Positions 14,526 to 28,019 of a stretch of DNA of 64,000 nucleotides are shown here, one piece after another. The stretch is from Octopus vulgaris (Eukaryota). Positions within the stretch are counted from its first letter, which is position 1; each line of letters opens with the position of its first letter. The notes beneath the pieces are model-generated. The model was not told the origin of the DNA and made no database searches. It saw only the letters and a list, made by a program, of their open reading frames with translations. The translations under genes and the position numbers were made by a program. The DNA lies in assembly GCA_951406725.2 (NCBI GenBank), contig OX597842.1, positions 33,232,001 to 33,296,000 of the forward strand. The letters are read 5' to 3'.

Positions 14526-15532
14526 TCGTAGTCGCTTCTGTCATAGAAATGTTGTATTTTTGAGAAGTAGTCGTGATGGCGATTGTTATTGCCAACGTAG
14601 ATATCTCGTATTTTTTTTAAAAAATAATTATCATTTAATAATTATTGCTGTTTTTCATTAATATTGATAATAATTATGATCATATTATTAATAATCATGA
14701 TGATATTTTTCTTTCTTATATTTTGTTTGAAATCTGCTTGTTATTTATATTATCGTGGTTGTTATTGTCATATATATATGTCACGTTTACACGCACACAG
14801 AGATATATATGTGTATATATGTATATATATATATATATACAGGTATATGTATATATATGTGTATGTATGTATATATATACATGTATATGTGTATATATGT
14901 ATATATACATGCATATGTGTATATATGTATATATATATATATATACATGTATATGTGTATATATGTATATATACATGCATATGTGTATATATGTATATAT
15001 ATATATACATGTATATGTGTGTATATGTATATATACATGCATATGTGTATATATCTATATATGTATATACATGTATATGTGTATATATATGTATATACAT
15101 GTATATGTGTATATATATGTATACATGTATAGGTGTATATATATGTATACATGTATATATGTATATATATGCATCTATATGTATATATATAATCACCATA
15201 TGACATTATACAAAAATGATCATTATTTTTAATTATGTTGTGATTGCTGTTAAATTCTTCCAGTCGTTCAAAACCGTGCATACATATATATATACATACA
15301 TATATACACACATATACATCATATCATTGACTTGATTGCTTCTTAGTATCATTGTCTATACTTTTATCTCGTCCAGCCTCTCCTCCGTCTTGTCCCCCCC
15401 CCTAAATGTTTTAATATAAACCCACCTCCAAATTGTAAACTACCCTTGTAAATATCTACCTTCATCGGATGCCTCAGTGGTGGAAAATTTTTTGTAGTAG
15501 TAGTAGTACTAGTAGTAGTAGTAGTAGTACTC

Positions 15533-15589
<57 letters not shown>

Positions 15590-15699
15590 ATTCTGGCGGT
15601 TCTGTTGGTGTCAACAACGTTGTTTTCGTCAAATGTTTGTCTCTGTCTCGCTCGCCGCCATTTTACTGTCGTAGTAAACAATGATAATAGTCGTTTCCT

Positions 15700-16096
15700 T
15701 TACGGGCGCAAGGCCTGAAATTTTTGCTAGGAGGTGTGTGTGGTGGTGGTGGTGGGGGGAAGTCAGTCGTTTTACTTGGACCCCAGTGTTTCACTGGTAC
15801 TTAATTTATCGAGCCTGGAAGAATGAGTTCAAATTCGACGGAAATTTGAACTCAAAACGTAATGACAGACAAAATACCTATTTCTTTATTGCCCACATGG
15901 GGCTAAACATAGAGGAGACAAACGGATTAAGTCGATTACATCGACCCCCAGTGCATTACTGGTACTTAATTTATCGACCCCGAAAGGATGAAAGGCAAAG
16001 TCGATCTCGGCGGAATTTGAACTCAGAACGTAACGGCAGACGAAATACGGCTACACATTTCGCCCGGCGTGCTAACGATTCTGCCAGCTCGCCGCC
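15700..16096 (-). mobile_element. SINE family B
   Basis: Reverse complement of the family B head and core. Confidence 0.8.
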
Positions 16097-16099
16097 ATA

Positions 16100-16497
16100 T
16101 CTTTATATATAAAAGTAAGGTTGTGTGTCTGTCTCCTACGATTTAGATCCCTAACTACTCCCACATTTTGCGGTGCAGTTTAACCAAAACCGGGTATCTT
16201 ATAGTCGTGATTCATATCGAGCCCTTCTGGGTATTAGCGCGCGTCTACGATAAGTCTACGATTTAAAAAAAAAATTACCATCATTTTTTTCCATTTTAAT
16301 GCATTTTTTTCGCTATTATATAAGGGAAGTAACTCTCTAAAAAATGTCTACGATGAGTCAACGATTTAAAAAAAATTACCATAATTTTTTTTCCATTTTT
16401 AATGCATTTTTTTGCTATTTTTTGGCTATAACTCTCTAAAAATGCTTATATAGTTATTTCCCTTACAAACCCGAGCAACGCCGGGCGATACTGCTAG
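16100..16497 (+). mobile_element. Non-autonomous Helitron
   Basis: A|TC start, subterminal hairpin cccgagcaacgccggg (16470-16485), CTAG|T end, no TSD. Confidence 0.85.
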
Positions 16498-16924
16498 TTG
16501 ATAATATAATAATAATAGTAGCAGTAGTAATAATAAAATCCTCATTTCTATTTGTTGAAGCGTACGACGATTGATTGATTGATTGATTCTAGTTTCAGCT
16601 CATGAGCTGTGGCCATGCTGGGGCACCGCCATTTCCTGTTGATTATATTTTTGTCGTTCTCAAATCCACCATTTTTTCTTTCGACTTACAACCAAGCTAT
16701 TTCGTTCCCGTCGATTTAAAGACAAAAAGAGAAATATATCTACGGCCCTTTTGAAGAGTTCGATGCCAGGCGACGCGATCAGTCCTTGAGCAAGACCCTT
16801 TATTTCACGTTGCTCCACTCCACTCACCTGGCACAAACGTGTTGTACTTGTAATTCACAAGGGGCCAGCCTTGGCATATTCTGTGTCACGCTGAATCCCC
16901 CCGAGAACTACATTAACGATACAC

Positions 16925-17545
16925 GTGTCTGCGGAGTACTCGGCCACTTGCACGTTAATTTCACGAGCAGGCTGTTTCGTTGATCGAATCAATAGCAACC
17001 CTCATTATGGTAGCCAATATGGAGCCGGGCTAGACCCTTAAAGCCACGTTAAGGTATGAGTGTCTATGGTGTACTCAGCCACTTGCACGTTAATTTCACG
17101 AGTAGGCTGTTTCGTTGATCGAATCAACAGCAATCCTCATTGTGGTAACCAATAGGGAGCCAGGCTAGACCCTTAAAGCCACGTTAAGGTATGAGTGTCT
17201 ATGGTGTACTCAGCCACTTGCACGTTAATTTCACGAGTAGGCTGTTTCGTTGATCGAATCAACAGCAATCCTCATTGTGGTAACCAATAGGGAGCCGGGC
17301 TAGACCCTTAAAGCCACGTTAAGGTATGAGTGTCTATGGTGTACTCAGCCACTTGCACGTTAATTTCACGAGCAGGCTGTTTCGTTGATCGAATCAACAG
17401 CAACCCTCATTGTGGTAACCAATAGGGAGCCGGGCTAGACCCTTAGAACCACGTTATGGTGTGAGTGTCTATGGTGTACTCAGCCACTTGCACGTTAATT
17501 TCACGAGCAGGCTGTTTCGTTGATCGAATCAACAGCAACTCTCGC
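16925..17545. repeat. 135-bp tandem repeat, about 4.6 copies, derived from the 3' part of the SINE-like element at about 16755-16990
   Basis: gtactc(a/g)gccacttgcacgttaatttcacgag at 16936, 17071, 17206, 17341 and 17476. Confidence 0.9.
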
Positions 17546-17934
17546 CGTCATAACTAACGGAAAGCCGATTTTTGTATGTTCAGTGTAAATGTCACATCAA
17601 GAACATAAACAAACGGTCACCAAACTACCCCAAATGCGGAATTCATTTATAAATACGCCATTTACTCATTTGCTAATAGTTCACTTCGTTTCGTTTCCTC
17701 TCAAATCCCCAAATTTCTTTCCCCTCGCTTTTCCTTATCTTCCATTCTTCAATTTTATCATTTACGATAGCGACACATTTAGCTTTTGAAATGGTTCGCT
17801 ATTCATCAAAAGAAGCGCAAGCAAGCCAGCTGTCACCCGCGACTACATATGGCTTTGTAACTAGTACAATGCTTTCTGTAATTTTTACAGGTGCTTGTGT
17901 AGTCGCGAGCACGCTCGGTCAAACGGTATAGTCT

Positions 17935-18570
17935 TACCGTTAGACCGAGCGGAACTTTCACGCCCTATTCTCACGTACCTCGCTGCTTTGACCCAACGGC
18001 ACTTGCTCGCTCTACTCTCACGTGACTCACTGTTTGACCCAGCGGCACTTTCACGTTCTACCCTTGTGTGCCTCACTGTTTGATCAAGCAGCGCTCTCAC
18101 GCGTCTTACTGTTTGACCCAGGAGTAATTTCATAGTCTATTCTCACGTACCTCGCTACTTTGACCCAACGGCACTTGCTCGCTCTACTCTCACGTGACTC
18201 GCTGTTTGACCCAGCGGCACTTTCACGTTCTACCCTTGTGTGCCTCACTGTTTGATCAAGCAGCACTCTCACGCGTCTTACTGTTCGACCCAGGGGTAAT
18301 TTCACAATCTATTCTCACGTACCTCGCTACTTTGACCCAACGGCACTTGCTCGCTCTACTCTCACGTGACTCGCTCTTTGACCCAGCGGCACTTTCACGT
18401 TCTACCCTTGTGTGCCTCACTGTTTGATCAAGCAGCGCTCTCACGCGTCTTACTGTTTGACCCAGGGGTAATTTCACAGTCTACTCTCACGTGCCTCACT
18501 GTTTGACCGTGGGGCACTTTCACGCTCTACTCTCCAGTGTCTCACCGTTTGACCCAGCGGCACTTTGTAA
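17935..18570. repeat. Minisatellite: 172-bp higher-order repeat of four 43-bp subunits
   Basis: cta(t/c)tctcacgt at 17965, 18137, 18309 and 18481. Confidence 0.9.
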
Positions 18571-19336
18571 ATGACAGCTGGAAGAAGAGAGAGAAAGAGC
18601 AGTACTATTACTTGGCTGGCGTTCATTTCCAGCTGAGCAGCGTGAAATGAAATACTTGCTCAAGGACACAACGTACCATCCGGCTGAAGTATCAAAATCC
18701 TCCACATTGTGATCGCTAGACGAATGCCCAAAGTACTTGGCAACGCATCGCCGGTCCCAGGAATCGAAACCGCGGCATTGTGAGGAAAGCTTGCAGCTGC
18801 TCGTGACTATAATGGAACACATTTTTTCCCACAGAATTCCCACAATCACTTGAATTTAAAACAAAATATTCATTCTGATGTGGTCCCACATTTTTAACAG
18901 CTACCGTTTGCCCGATTTGAACTCGGAACGGTTTGACGCTGACATAAGAGGGAGATAGTTCCTGAAAGTGTAATGGGGTTAGGAGCGAACCCGGTACTTC
19001 GTGGTTGCGAAGTGAGCTGACTCTGAGCCACTCACTCATATCACGTGACTACACAAAGTGTCACTCCACAAGACCATATATAATCGCAAATGCTGTCCCT
19101 GTAACTACTACTACTGCTGCTGCTGCTGCTAGTGGCCTGTGGTTGCAGTGGCAGGAAAATGTAAGCGCGTCGAACAAACTGTCTTTTTAGTATTTGTTTA
19201 TATCACAGACCCTTAATGTTTTATGTTCAAATCAAAGCAAGGTCTGATTTCCTTCTTGTTCTTCCGGGGTCGACGACATAATCGGCTGTTCCCTTCCATC
19301 GTCCCAATCAAATCTCAGATCTGCTTACGATAAAGC

Positions 19337-19367
<31 letters not shown>

Positions 19368-20844
19368 AGAAATAAACGTCATCGCCATCTTAGAAACAAT
19401 TATTATCATTAGAAGCTATTATTGTTGTTGTTTTTGTAATCGATAATAAAACAAGCTGGAGTGTTTCGCTTTCAACTTTATTTTATTTGAAAAGAGGAAC
19501 TTAACCCGAAATATTACAAGTTTATTATATGAAGCACGTAAAGTAAAACAATATCTTTTACATCTGTCTCTCATTCATATCACCTTTTATTGTTTTAATT
19601 CCCCACCCCCTCCTGCATTAGCATTTTACACGGAATACACACCCATAATAGAAGGCCTAGCTTTAGGAAAATTAAAAGGCTCTTTAGACAATTCTTAGAC
19701 TTACCAAGTACACTAATTTAAGTATTCCTAGCTATTCTATTAACTTGGATTATTTCTGTTGTCTATTTAACATTTTGTCATTAATAATATTGGCGTAGTA
19801 CCCGTCAAAAACGATGGGGTTTGTTTAACCTTGTAGTAATTATAATTATAATCTCTCTGCTCAAGCCTTGCTCCATTTTCTTGCCTTTTTGTTTTCCCTG
19901 CTCATATGACTACTAGCTATCATGCTTACTGATTGACCGACGAATATTTTTCTCTGCCTCTTTCTTTCCCTGCCGCTCTGTCAGTCTTTTGTCTATCTAT
20001 TTATCTACTCCACCGTAGCTTTCTGACAGTCTTTCCTATCTATTTGTATAATCCACCCCATATAACTATCTCTCTCTCTCAACACAGCTACAATCATAGC
20101 ATTCTCCTTTCACCAATAAAAAAAAAAAAACGAAAAAAACACGACTTGGCCTTTTATGTATATAGAAAATTATACCTATTTTAAATAATACTGATTTATA
20201 ATTAACCAAATGATAATGATGATGGTTTCTGATTTAAGCATAGAGCCAGCAGTTTTGAGGGAAAGGATTAAGACGATCGATCGACCCAAGTTTTTGACTG
20301 GTACTTCATTTTGTCAACCCCCAAACGGTTAAAACAGTACAGTTGACCTCGATGGGATTTTGAAAAATACCGCAAAGAACCGATATAAATACCACAAGGT
20401 ATTTCTTAACTTTAGTTACAATGCCTTCAGTGGGTTTCCGCACAGTTTCTTTTCTCTCCATCTGAGTTCACTTACAAAACTCTGGGGCAGCTGAGGACTT
20501 GGTTAATGACGCCGAACGGAATCGAACCCATTTCCGTGTGATTAACACAGGCAAGCATTTTAACCACTCGACCATGTTGCATTCACAGTCGGCCTAGAGT
20601 AGTTACAATACCATATAATATTTGAGGGCGGGCATAGTTGATTTTATCAAACTCCCCCAGATAATCGCTGGTATGTATTTAAAAAGACTGCCTGCGTATA
20701 TGAAATAATGATAACAATTTCTGTTGTTGGTGCAATACCTAAAACTTGGCAGAAGAGGAAAGTCAATGAGGTCGACCCCAGTACATAACTGGTACTCACT
20801 TAATCAACCCTGAAAGGATGAAAGGCAATGCCGACCGCGGCGGA

Positions 20845-21500
20845 ATTTGATCCAGCGGCATTTGCTCGCTGTACTTTCATGTGCCTCGCTGTTTGATCCA
20901 GCGGCACTTGCTCGCTCTACTCTCATGTGCCTCGCTGTTTGACCCATCGGCACTTGCTCGCTCTACTCTCACGTGCCTCGCTATTTGATCCAGCGGCACT
21001 TTCTCGCTCAACTCTCACGTACTTCGCTGTTTGACCCAGCGGCACTTGCTCGCTCTACTCTCTACTCTCATGTGCCTCACTGTTTGACCGAGCACTTGTT
21101 CAACTCCCACGTGCCTCACAGTGTGACCCAGTGGCACTTGCTCCCTCTACTTTCACGTGCCTCACTGTGTGACCCAGTGGAACTTGCTCCCTCTACTTTC
21201 ACGTGCCTCGCTGTTTAACCCAGCGGCACTTGCTCGCTCATCTCTCATGTGCCTCACTGACCGAGCACTTGTTCAACTCCCACGTGCCTCACTGTGTGAC
21301 CCAATGGCACTTACTCGCTCTACTTTCACGTGCCTCACAGTGTGACCCAGTGGTACTTGCTCCCTCTACTCTCACGTGCCTCACTGTTTGACCCAGCGGC
21401 ACTTGCTCCCTCAACTCTCACGCGTCTCACTGTTTGACCCAGCGGCACTTTCACACTCAATTCTCCAGTGTCTCACCGTTTGACCCAGCGGCACTTTGTA
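20845..21500. repeat. 43-bp monomeric minisatellite, same family as 17935-18570
   Basis: Unit ctgtttgacccagcggcacttgctcgctctactctcacgtgcct(c/cg). Confidence 0.9.
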
Positions 21501-21569
21501 TATGACAACTGGAAGAAGTGATAGAAAGAGGAGTGCCATTACTCGGGTGGCACCAATTCCCAGCTGAGC

Positions 21570-21823
21570 AGAACTTAAAGACGGACGAAATGTGGCTACG
21601 CATTTTGTCCGACGCTCTAACGATTCTGCCAGCTTTCCGTTTAAAATAATGTACCTATATAACATCGACCCCAGTACACAACTGGTACTTAATTTATCGA
21701 TCCTGAAAGAATTAAAGACAAAGTCGACCTCGGCGGAATTTGAACTCAGAACGTCAAGGCAGACGAAATGCCGCTAGACGTACGTTTTGCCTGGCGTGCT
21801 AACGATTCTGCCAGCTCACCGCT

Positions 21824-21876
<53 letters not shown>

Positions 21877-22093
21877 CCTTTCTATTTAGGCCCAAGGCTA
21901 AAAGAAATTTGAGGCAGGGATTAAGTCGATTACACCGACCCCAGTGTGTAACTGGTACTTATTTCATCAACCCCGAAAGGATGAAAGGCAAAGTCGACCT
22001 CGGCGGAATTTGAACTCAGAACGTAATGGCAGACGGACGAAATGCCAGTAAGCATTTCGTCCGGAGAGCTAACGATTCTGGTAGCTCACCGCC

Positions 22094-22159
<66 letters not shown>

Positions 22160-22825
22160 TTCTTTATTTAGCCACAAGTGCGATGGGTATTAATGGGGAA
22201 AGGACATGGAGAAACTGCAAAGGGTGTGAAGCTAATTGTAGGGGTTTTTACAAAAGGGAGCCGAATATAAGGGATACCATGGAATGCTACAATGGCACAG
22301 GTGGAAAAAGGAAAATAGCATCCGGGGTCGCATCGGGGTCGCATTTACGGAATCGTAAAAAAAAAAGTTATGTGAAAAAAAAATGTAGGAATGACAAACA
22401 AAAAAGCAGCATATATACAAAAGGGGAAGTATTCTTTTCTACTCTAGGCTCAAGGCCCCAAATTTTGGGGGACGGGCCCAGTCGATTCGATCGACCCCAG
22501 TACGCAACTGGTACTTAATTTTTATCGCCCCCTCCCCTCAAAGGATGAAAGGCAAAGTCGACCTCGGCGGAATTTGAACTCAGAACGTAGCGACGGACGA
22601 AATGCCGCTAAGCATTTTGTTCGGCCTGCTAATAATAATTTCTGTTACAGGTACAAGGCCTGAAATTTTGGGATTGGAGGCTGCTAGTCGATTACAGTTA
22701 CCCACAATGCGTAACTGGTACTTATTTTGGCGACTTCGGCGGAATTTGAACTCTTAACGTAACGCCGGAAGACAAGCCTTTAAACGTTTTTGAATGCAAA
22801 CGATTCTTCCTGCTATCCGCCTTAA
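21570..22825 (-). mobile_element. Cluster of about five SINE family B copies separated by (AAT)n tails
   Basis: Repeated gtcgacctcggcggaatttgaactcagaacg, with (AAT)n runs at 21825-21875 and 22095-22158. Confidence 0.82.
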
Positions 22826-23331
22826 TTATAAATAATACTAATAACGTTATAACTAATTATACAAATCATAAGGATTTATTAAATTCTAATTTTCTATGAA
22901 TGATGTCCCATTTTGCTGAGAAACGCATAAATATTCAATAACGCCATTTTGTTACGTCAGAGAAAGCAAATCTATAACCTGGTCGACTCTAGCAGCTCAA
23001 CGCTGTTGGAATCAAAATGGCGTTTATAATAAAAAAAAATGGACTCCCTGAAATATCCTTAAGCTTATCTTTAATATATTAAGCTTATCTTTAAAGCACT
23101 TAGAACTAAAATACAATAAATGAAATCTCAACAACTGGATTAATATAGAAATTGAAATCTTTCGATACGAAGCCTTGCTAGATTTTCAAGGTTCGTTCTC
23201 GTAGCTAAACTTTATTTCGTTCCGTAGTTTAGGTTGTTTGCAGCACAACGCAAGGAATTTGGTTCGTCATGGTGAATGTTGCGACTGTTTCTTTTTTTTT
23301 TTCAATTTTGCTTCATCATAAGTATTTTTAA

Positions 23332-23534
23332 CCCTTTTAGCATTTAAACAGGCTTATATCTGGCTCATATATTGTACCAGTTTTATATTAAAACTAACCA
23401 GATTCCGCCTCTTACACCTACCCTACAATTATATTCTGAAAATAAACAATCACATCATCAAAATATCAAGACTTTGAGATAATACATAATTATTTTTTTT
23501 AAATAATTAATAAATTAATCTGAATGCTAAAGGG
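23332..23534. mobile_element. piggyBac-type MITE
   Basis: TTAA|CCCTTTTAGCATT ... AATGCTAAAGGG|TTAA. Confidence 0.75.
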
Positions 23535-23899
23535 TTAAATATATTTTTGCAGTTTAGTCGAGAGGACAAGGAGCACCTATAATTCTTTTACAAGGTCTAC
23601 AGAACTGGAGTAGCAATAGGGGGCGACAGGGGCCGTTATATCTATATATATATATCTTGCATTATTTTCGGGCAGAATCCCTTTGAAATCATTCACTTCT
23701 ATAGACAGTCTCTCCTAGTTGTGTTGCGTATAATATCGTAATCTTATAATTTATTTAGTTGGGAAGGGCTACATTAATCTCCATAAAATATAATCCCTTA
23801 ATTCACAGTGAATTTGTGAAAAGATGGGTGACTGGCAAAAAAAATGGTTAGTGACTGGCCTTACTCTAAGTATGTGCCAGTAGATTGGAGAGCAGGACA

Positions 23900-24255
23900 G
23901 AGGGCTTGTGCATTTGGTGGTCAGAGTTACACTAGATCTGATGGGTCCCACGAACTATCTTAGATGGAGCTTCTTCTCTACTGGGAGAAAGGGCTTGTGC
24001 ATTTGGTGGTCAGGGTTACTCTAGATCTGATGGGTCCCACGAACTATCTTAGATGGAGCTTCTTCTCTACTGGGAGAAAGGGCTTGTTCATTTGGTGGTC
24101 AAGGTAACTCAGGATATATCGGACCCCTTGAACTATCTTAGATGGAGCTTCTTCTCTACAGGGAGAGAGGGCTTGTGCATTTGGTGGTCAGGGTAACCCT
24201 GGATCTGCCGGGTCCCTTGAAATATCTTAGATGGAGTTCCTTCTCTACTGGGAGG
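23900..24255. repeat. 89-bp tandem repeat, four copies
   Basis: gggcttgt(g/t)catttggtggtca at 23902, 23991, 24080 and 24169. Confidence 0.9.
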
Positions 24256-24456
24256 ACTACATCACTCACCTTATCACATAATTTGCATTCCGTGAATACC
24301 TTTATCGCATTTCATTGTTATTCCCATCTCCTCTTCTCAATCTTTTATGCAAATCCCCGCACAAATTGTTCTCCTTCCTTGAGATTTCCCCCTCATCTAT
24401 GCCCCTGTGGCTAATAAAAAATCATCATCATCATCATCATTACTATTATCAAATAT

Positions 24457-24670
24457 AAGGCGACAAGCTGGCAGAATCGTTAGCACACGCGAGGAAAAAA
24501 TATTCGGCGGCATTTCGTCCGTCTTTACGTTCTGGGTTCAAATTCCGCTGGGGTCGACGTCGCCTTTCGTCCATTAGGGGTCGATAAATTAAGGACCAGG
24601 GTTCGATGTAATCCACTATCCCGCTCCCTCCCCCCAAATCTCAGGCCTTGTGCCTATAGTAGAAAGGATC
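24457..24670 (+). mobile_element. SINE family B
   Basis: aaggcgacaagctggcagaatcgttagc head plus core. Confidence 0.8.
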
Positions 24671-25200
24671 ATATTTGTGGTAGTGGTGGATCAGATTAGC
24701 GAATCCTGCCCTGGGGCCATAATGATTTTTCTTACAACACAATGCTGTTAGCTCTGAGAGACGAACACCTGGGTGAGGCCAAAACACCCCAGTTTTTTTT
24801 TAGATATTATTATTATTATTATTATTACACAATCATTCCCGCCTTGTTCTCATCTTAAGCCATCATAGCTAATAACAGAAACCATTATTATTATTATTAT
24901 TATTATTATTATCCCACACCAGCAAACACCATCATCATCATCATCACCATCATCATCGCGATCATCATCATACTCATCCCTCATCATCATCATCATCATC
25001 ATCATCATCAGAGACTTAAACGTTGTCACGTGACCTTCCATGACGTTTCGTTACGTAAACGTAATTTTCATATTTTATTTCATTTTTTTTTGTTTTTTTT
25101 GGGAGGTGGTTAATTTTTTTTTTTTTTTTTTTGCAATGTTAATGTTATGCTAATGTCATGTTAATGGCATGTTAATATTATGTCAAAAAAATACGTCAAA

Positions 25201-25265
<65 letters not shown>

Positions 25266-25547
25266 TCCTTATTATTACCCTGTAGTGTTATGTTATGTTA
25301 ATATATATATATTGTTGGTGTTGTTGTTACTGTTGTTGTGTTTATTATTCAATTGTTTTGTTTTTTTAATTGTCAATAATTTTGGTGTTTCCATAAGTTC
25401 TTTGTTTTCTAAACAGTATGCTTTTTGCTACCCTGCCTCTCTCTCTCTCTCTCTCTCTCGCTCTCTCTGACCAACCGTCCCTCCAGCCCCGCAACAAAAA
25501 GAATTCCTGAAGGGCCGGCCCCTACCGTCTCTATAAACCAAATCTTC

Positions 25548-25583
<36 letters not shown>

Positions 25584-26183
25584 ATATATGTGTATATATA
25601 TGTGTGTGTGTATATATATATGTGTATATATATGTGTGTGTGTGTGTATATATATGTGTATATATATGTATGTATATACATGTGTATATATATATGTATG
25701 TATATACATATGTGTATATATACATGTGTATATATATGGGTATATATATGTATATATATATGTGTATATATATGTATATATATATATGTATATATATGTA
25801 TATGTATATATATATATGTATATGTATATATATATGTATATATATATGTATATGTATATATATGTATATATGTGTATACATATATGTATATATGTGTATA
25901 TATATATATGTATATATGTGTATATATATACATGTATATATGTGTATATATATATGTGTATATATGTGTATATATATATATATGTGTATATATGTGTATA
26001 TGTATATATATATGTGTATATATGTGTATATAAATATATATATATATTTGTGTGTGTATATATGTATATATATATATTTGTGTGTGTATATATGTATATA
26101 TATATATATGTACATTCCTTTAAAGAATGTAACAGGTGGGAGACGAATATATGACCTACACGCTACTCATATAGAGAAGCCTG

Positions 26184-26233
<50 letters not shown>

Positions 26234-26882
26234 GACAGTGAAAGAGGAATACACTTCTTAGTATATGTAGATGTACGTGTATATATGTGTGTGAATATGT
26301 ACACACATGTGTGTGTATAGTGGAGATAGAGAGAGCACTGTCATTTGGCGGAATTGATACCCTGACCAAAGGTTTGAAATTTTGTTTTTGTTTGTTTCTA
26401 TTTTGCTGTTGTTACTTTGTTTCTTTGCTTTATTATTATTATTATTATTGTTATCTCAAGGCTTTTGCTGTTGTCCTCACATCTGCTACTTTCGCTTGCC
26501 CTCTCCACAACTCACGCTTGTTATTGTTACATATTGTGTGTTCAATTAATGTTTTGTTGCTGTTGTTACTGTGCATAATCGTTTCATTCGTGTTGTTTGT
26601 AATATATCTCGTATTATGTTGCATTATGTTGTGTTACGCAACTCCCAGTATAAAATGTTTGTTGTAACTTTGTTAGTGTGTGCCGTTGGATATTCATTTC
26701 GTTTTAAACGGTTGCAGTGGAAGCAGTAGTGTCAATGGTAATAATAATAATAGTTGTTCCTCTTCTTCTTGTTTAATTCTCGTTATTACTTCTGTTTTTG
26801 TTGTTGTCAGTGTTATACAAAGTTCCTTCATTTCCAGCGTATCTCAGTTTTCTTCTTATTATCATTACCATCATCATACTTG

Positions 26883-26888
26883 TTTATT
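26883..26888 (-). terminator. First AATAAA downstream of the Pax6 stop (possible proximal polyadenylation signal)
   Basis: Plus-strand TTTATT about 150 nt past the TGA. The context is AT-rich, so chance occurrence is likely and the real UTR end is unknown. Confidence 0.2.
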
Positions 26889-27037
26889 TTGAAGTGGAGG
26901 AAAATCGGAGAGGGAGTCATGGGAGAAAAAATTGTGTATATGGCGGTGGAGAGAATGGTGGGGGGGAATTCGGAGAGTTAGGGAGACAATGAGGGCGGCG
27001 GGGGTTGTGGGGAAAAATGATTCTTGTATTTCGCCGT

Positions 27038-27153
27038 TCACTGTAGGCGTGGCCAGTATTGTGACGTCATGGAAGTCATGTGATGCGTGCTCATATCTTG
27101 TGGACCTCCACCCGGCACCTGTATTGGTACCGATACTCCTGGTGAGATAAGAC
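27038..27153 (-). CDS. Pax6: Pax6 terminal coding exon: (G)[37 protein letters not shown]
   Basis: ttttttctctctctcag|GTCTTATCTCACCA...[23 protein letters not shown] and QYWPRLQ are the conserved Pax6 C-terminal motifs. Confidence 0.98.
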
Positions 27154-27526
27154 CTGAGAGAGAGAAAAAAAAACGAGAGTTAGTGGGAGTGTCTCAGTGA
27201 ATGCTTGTAATGTGTGGAGTGTGCGACAGACAGACAGACAGACAGACAGACAAAAAGTGGATGAAGAAAGAGAGATGGTGGGGTGAAAATAAGTAAAAGA
27301 CACAGAGGAAGGGTGAGAGAGAAGAATGAAGATTGCGAGTGTATATGAGAGGATGTGTTGAAGTGACGTAGGCGGGTGAGTGTGATCAATAATCTCGTAT
27401 TCACATTCATTCATATGTATAGAATAATTCTTAAAGGAGAATACTGTTGACAGTAACCTCGAATTTTCGGCTCGTTCATCCGTTAAGGACTGTCAATAAT
27501 ATTCTTTTAGATCAGATCAAAGATAA

Positions 27527-27557
<31 letters not shown>

Positions 27558-27717
27558 ATATACATACAAACATATATATATATATATATATATATATCTT
27601 TACTCTTTTACTTGTTTCAGTCATTTGACTGCGGCCACGCTGGAGCACCGCCTTTAGTCGAGCAAATCGACCCCGGAACTTATTCTTGTAAGCCCAGTAC
27701 TTATTCTATCGGTCTCT

Positions 27718-27800
27718 CATCCTGATGAGAAAGAGGCATAATATACTCCTTATTTCTTCGCAATTTGGGAATATGCAGCCTTCGAAACATATGTCGAAAA
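27718..27800 (+). ncRNA. Hammerhead-like motif with weak stem I, in a Penelope-like fragment
   Basis: CTGATGA-GAAAGAGGCATA...TATGCAGCCTTC-GAAA-C ATAT G-TC. Stem I is only about 2 bp. Confidence 0.5.
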
Positions 27801-27980
27801 TAAAGGAATTTTGTTAATTCGTCGTTCAACTCCATTCTTTCATATATTTATATTTAAAAAAAAAAACATACAAATTTCTACACGAAAGTACGTAACTTCA
27901 AACGTGTCTTCTCTGATGTGAATTTGCTACCCAGGTATCGGTTAACCGAATTATCCATAACAAGATAATTCATTCAACTA

Positions 27981-28019
<39 letters not shown>

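Noticed and set aside
16925-24255. CRISPR-like appearance of the regular repeats
   Set aside because: Eukaryotic context, no unique spacers and no cas genes. They are tandem minisatellites.
26754-26759. miR-375-like 6-mer seed site in the Pax6 3' UTR
   Set aside because: A single 6-mer is expected by chance, and I saw no miR-7 7-mer nearby.
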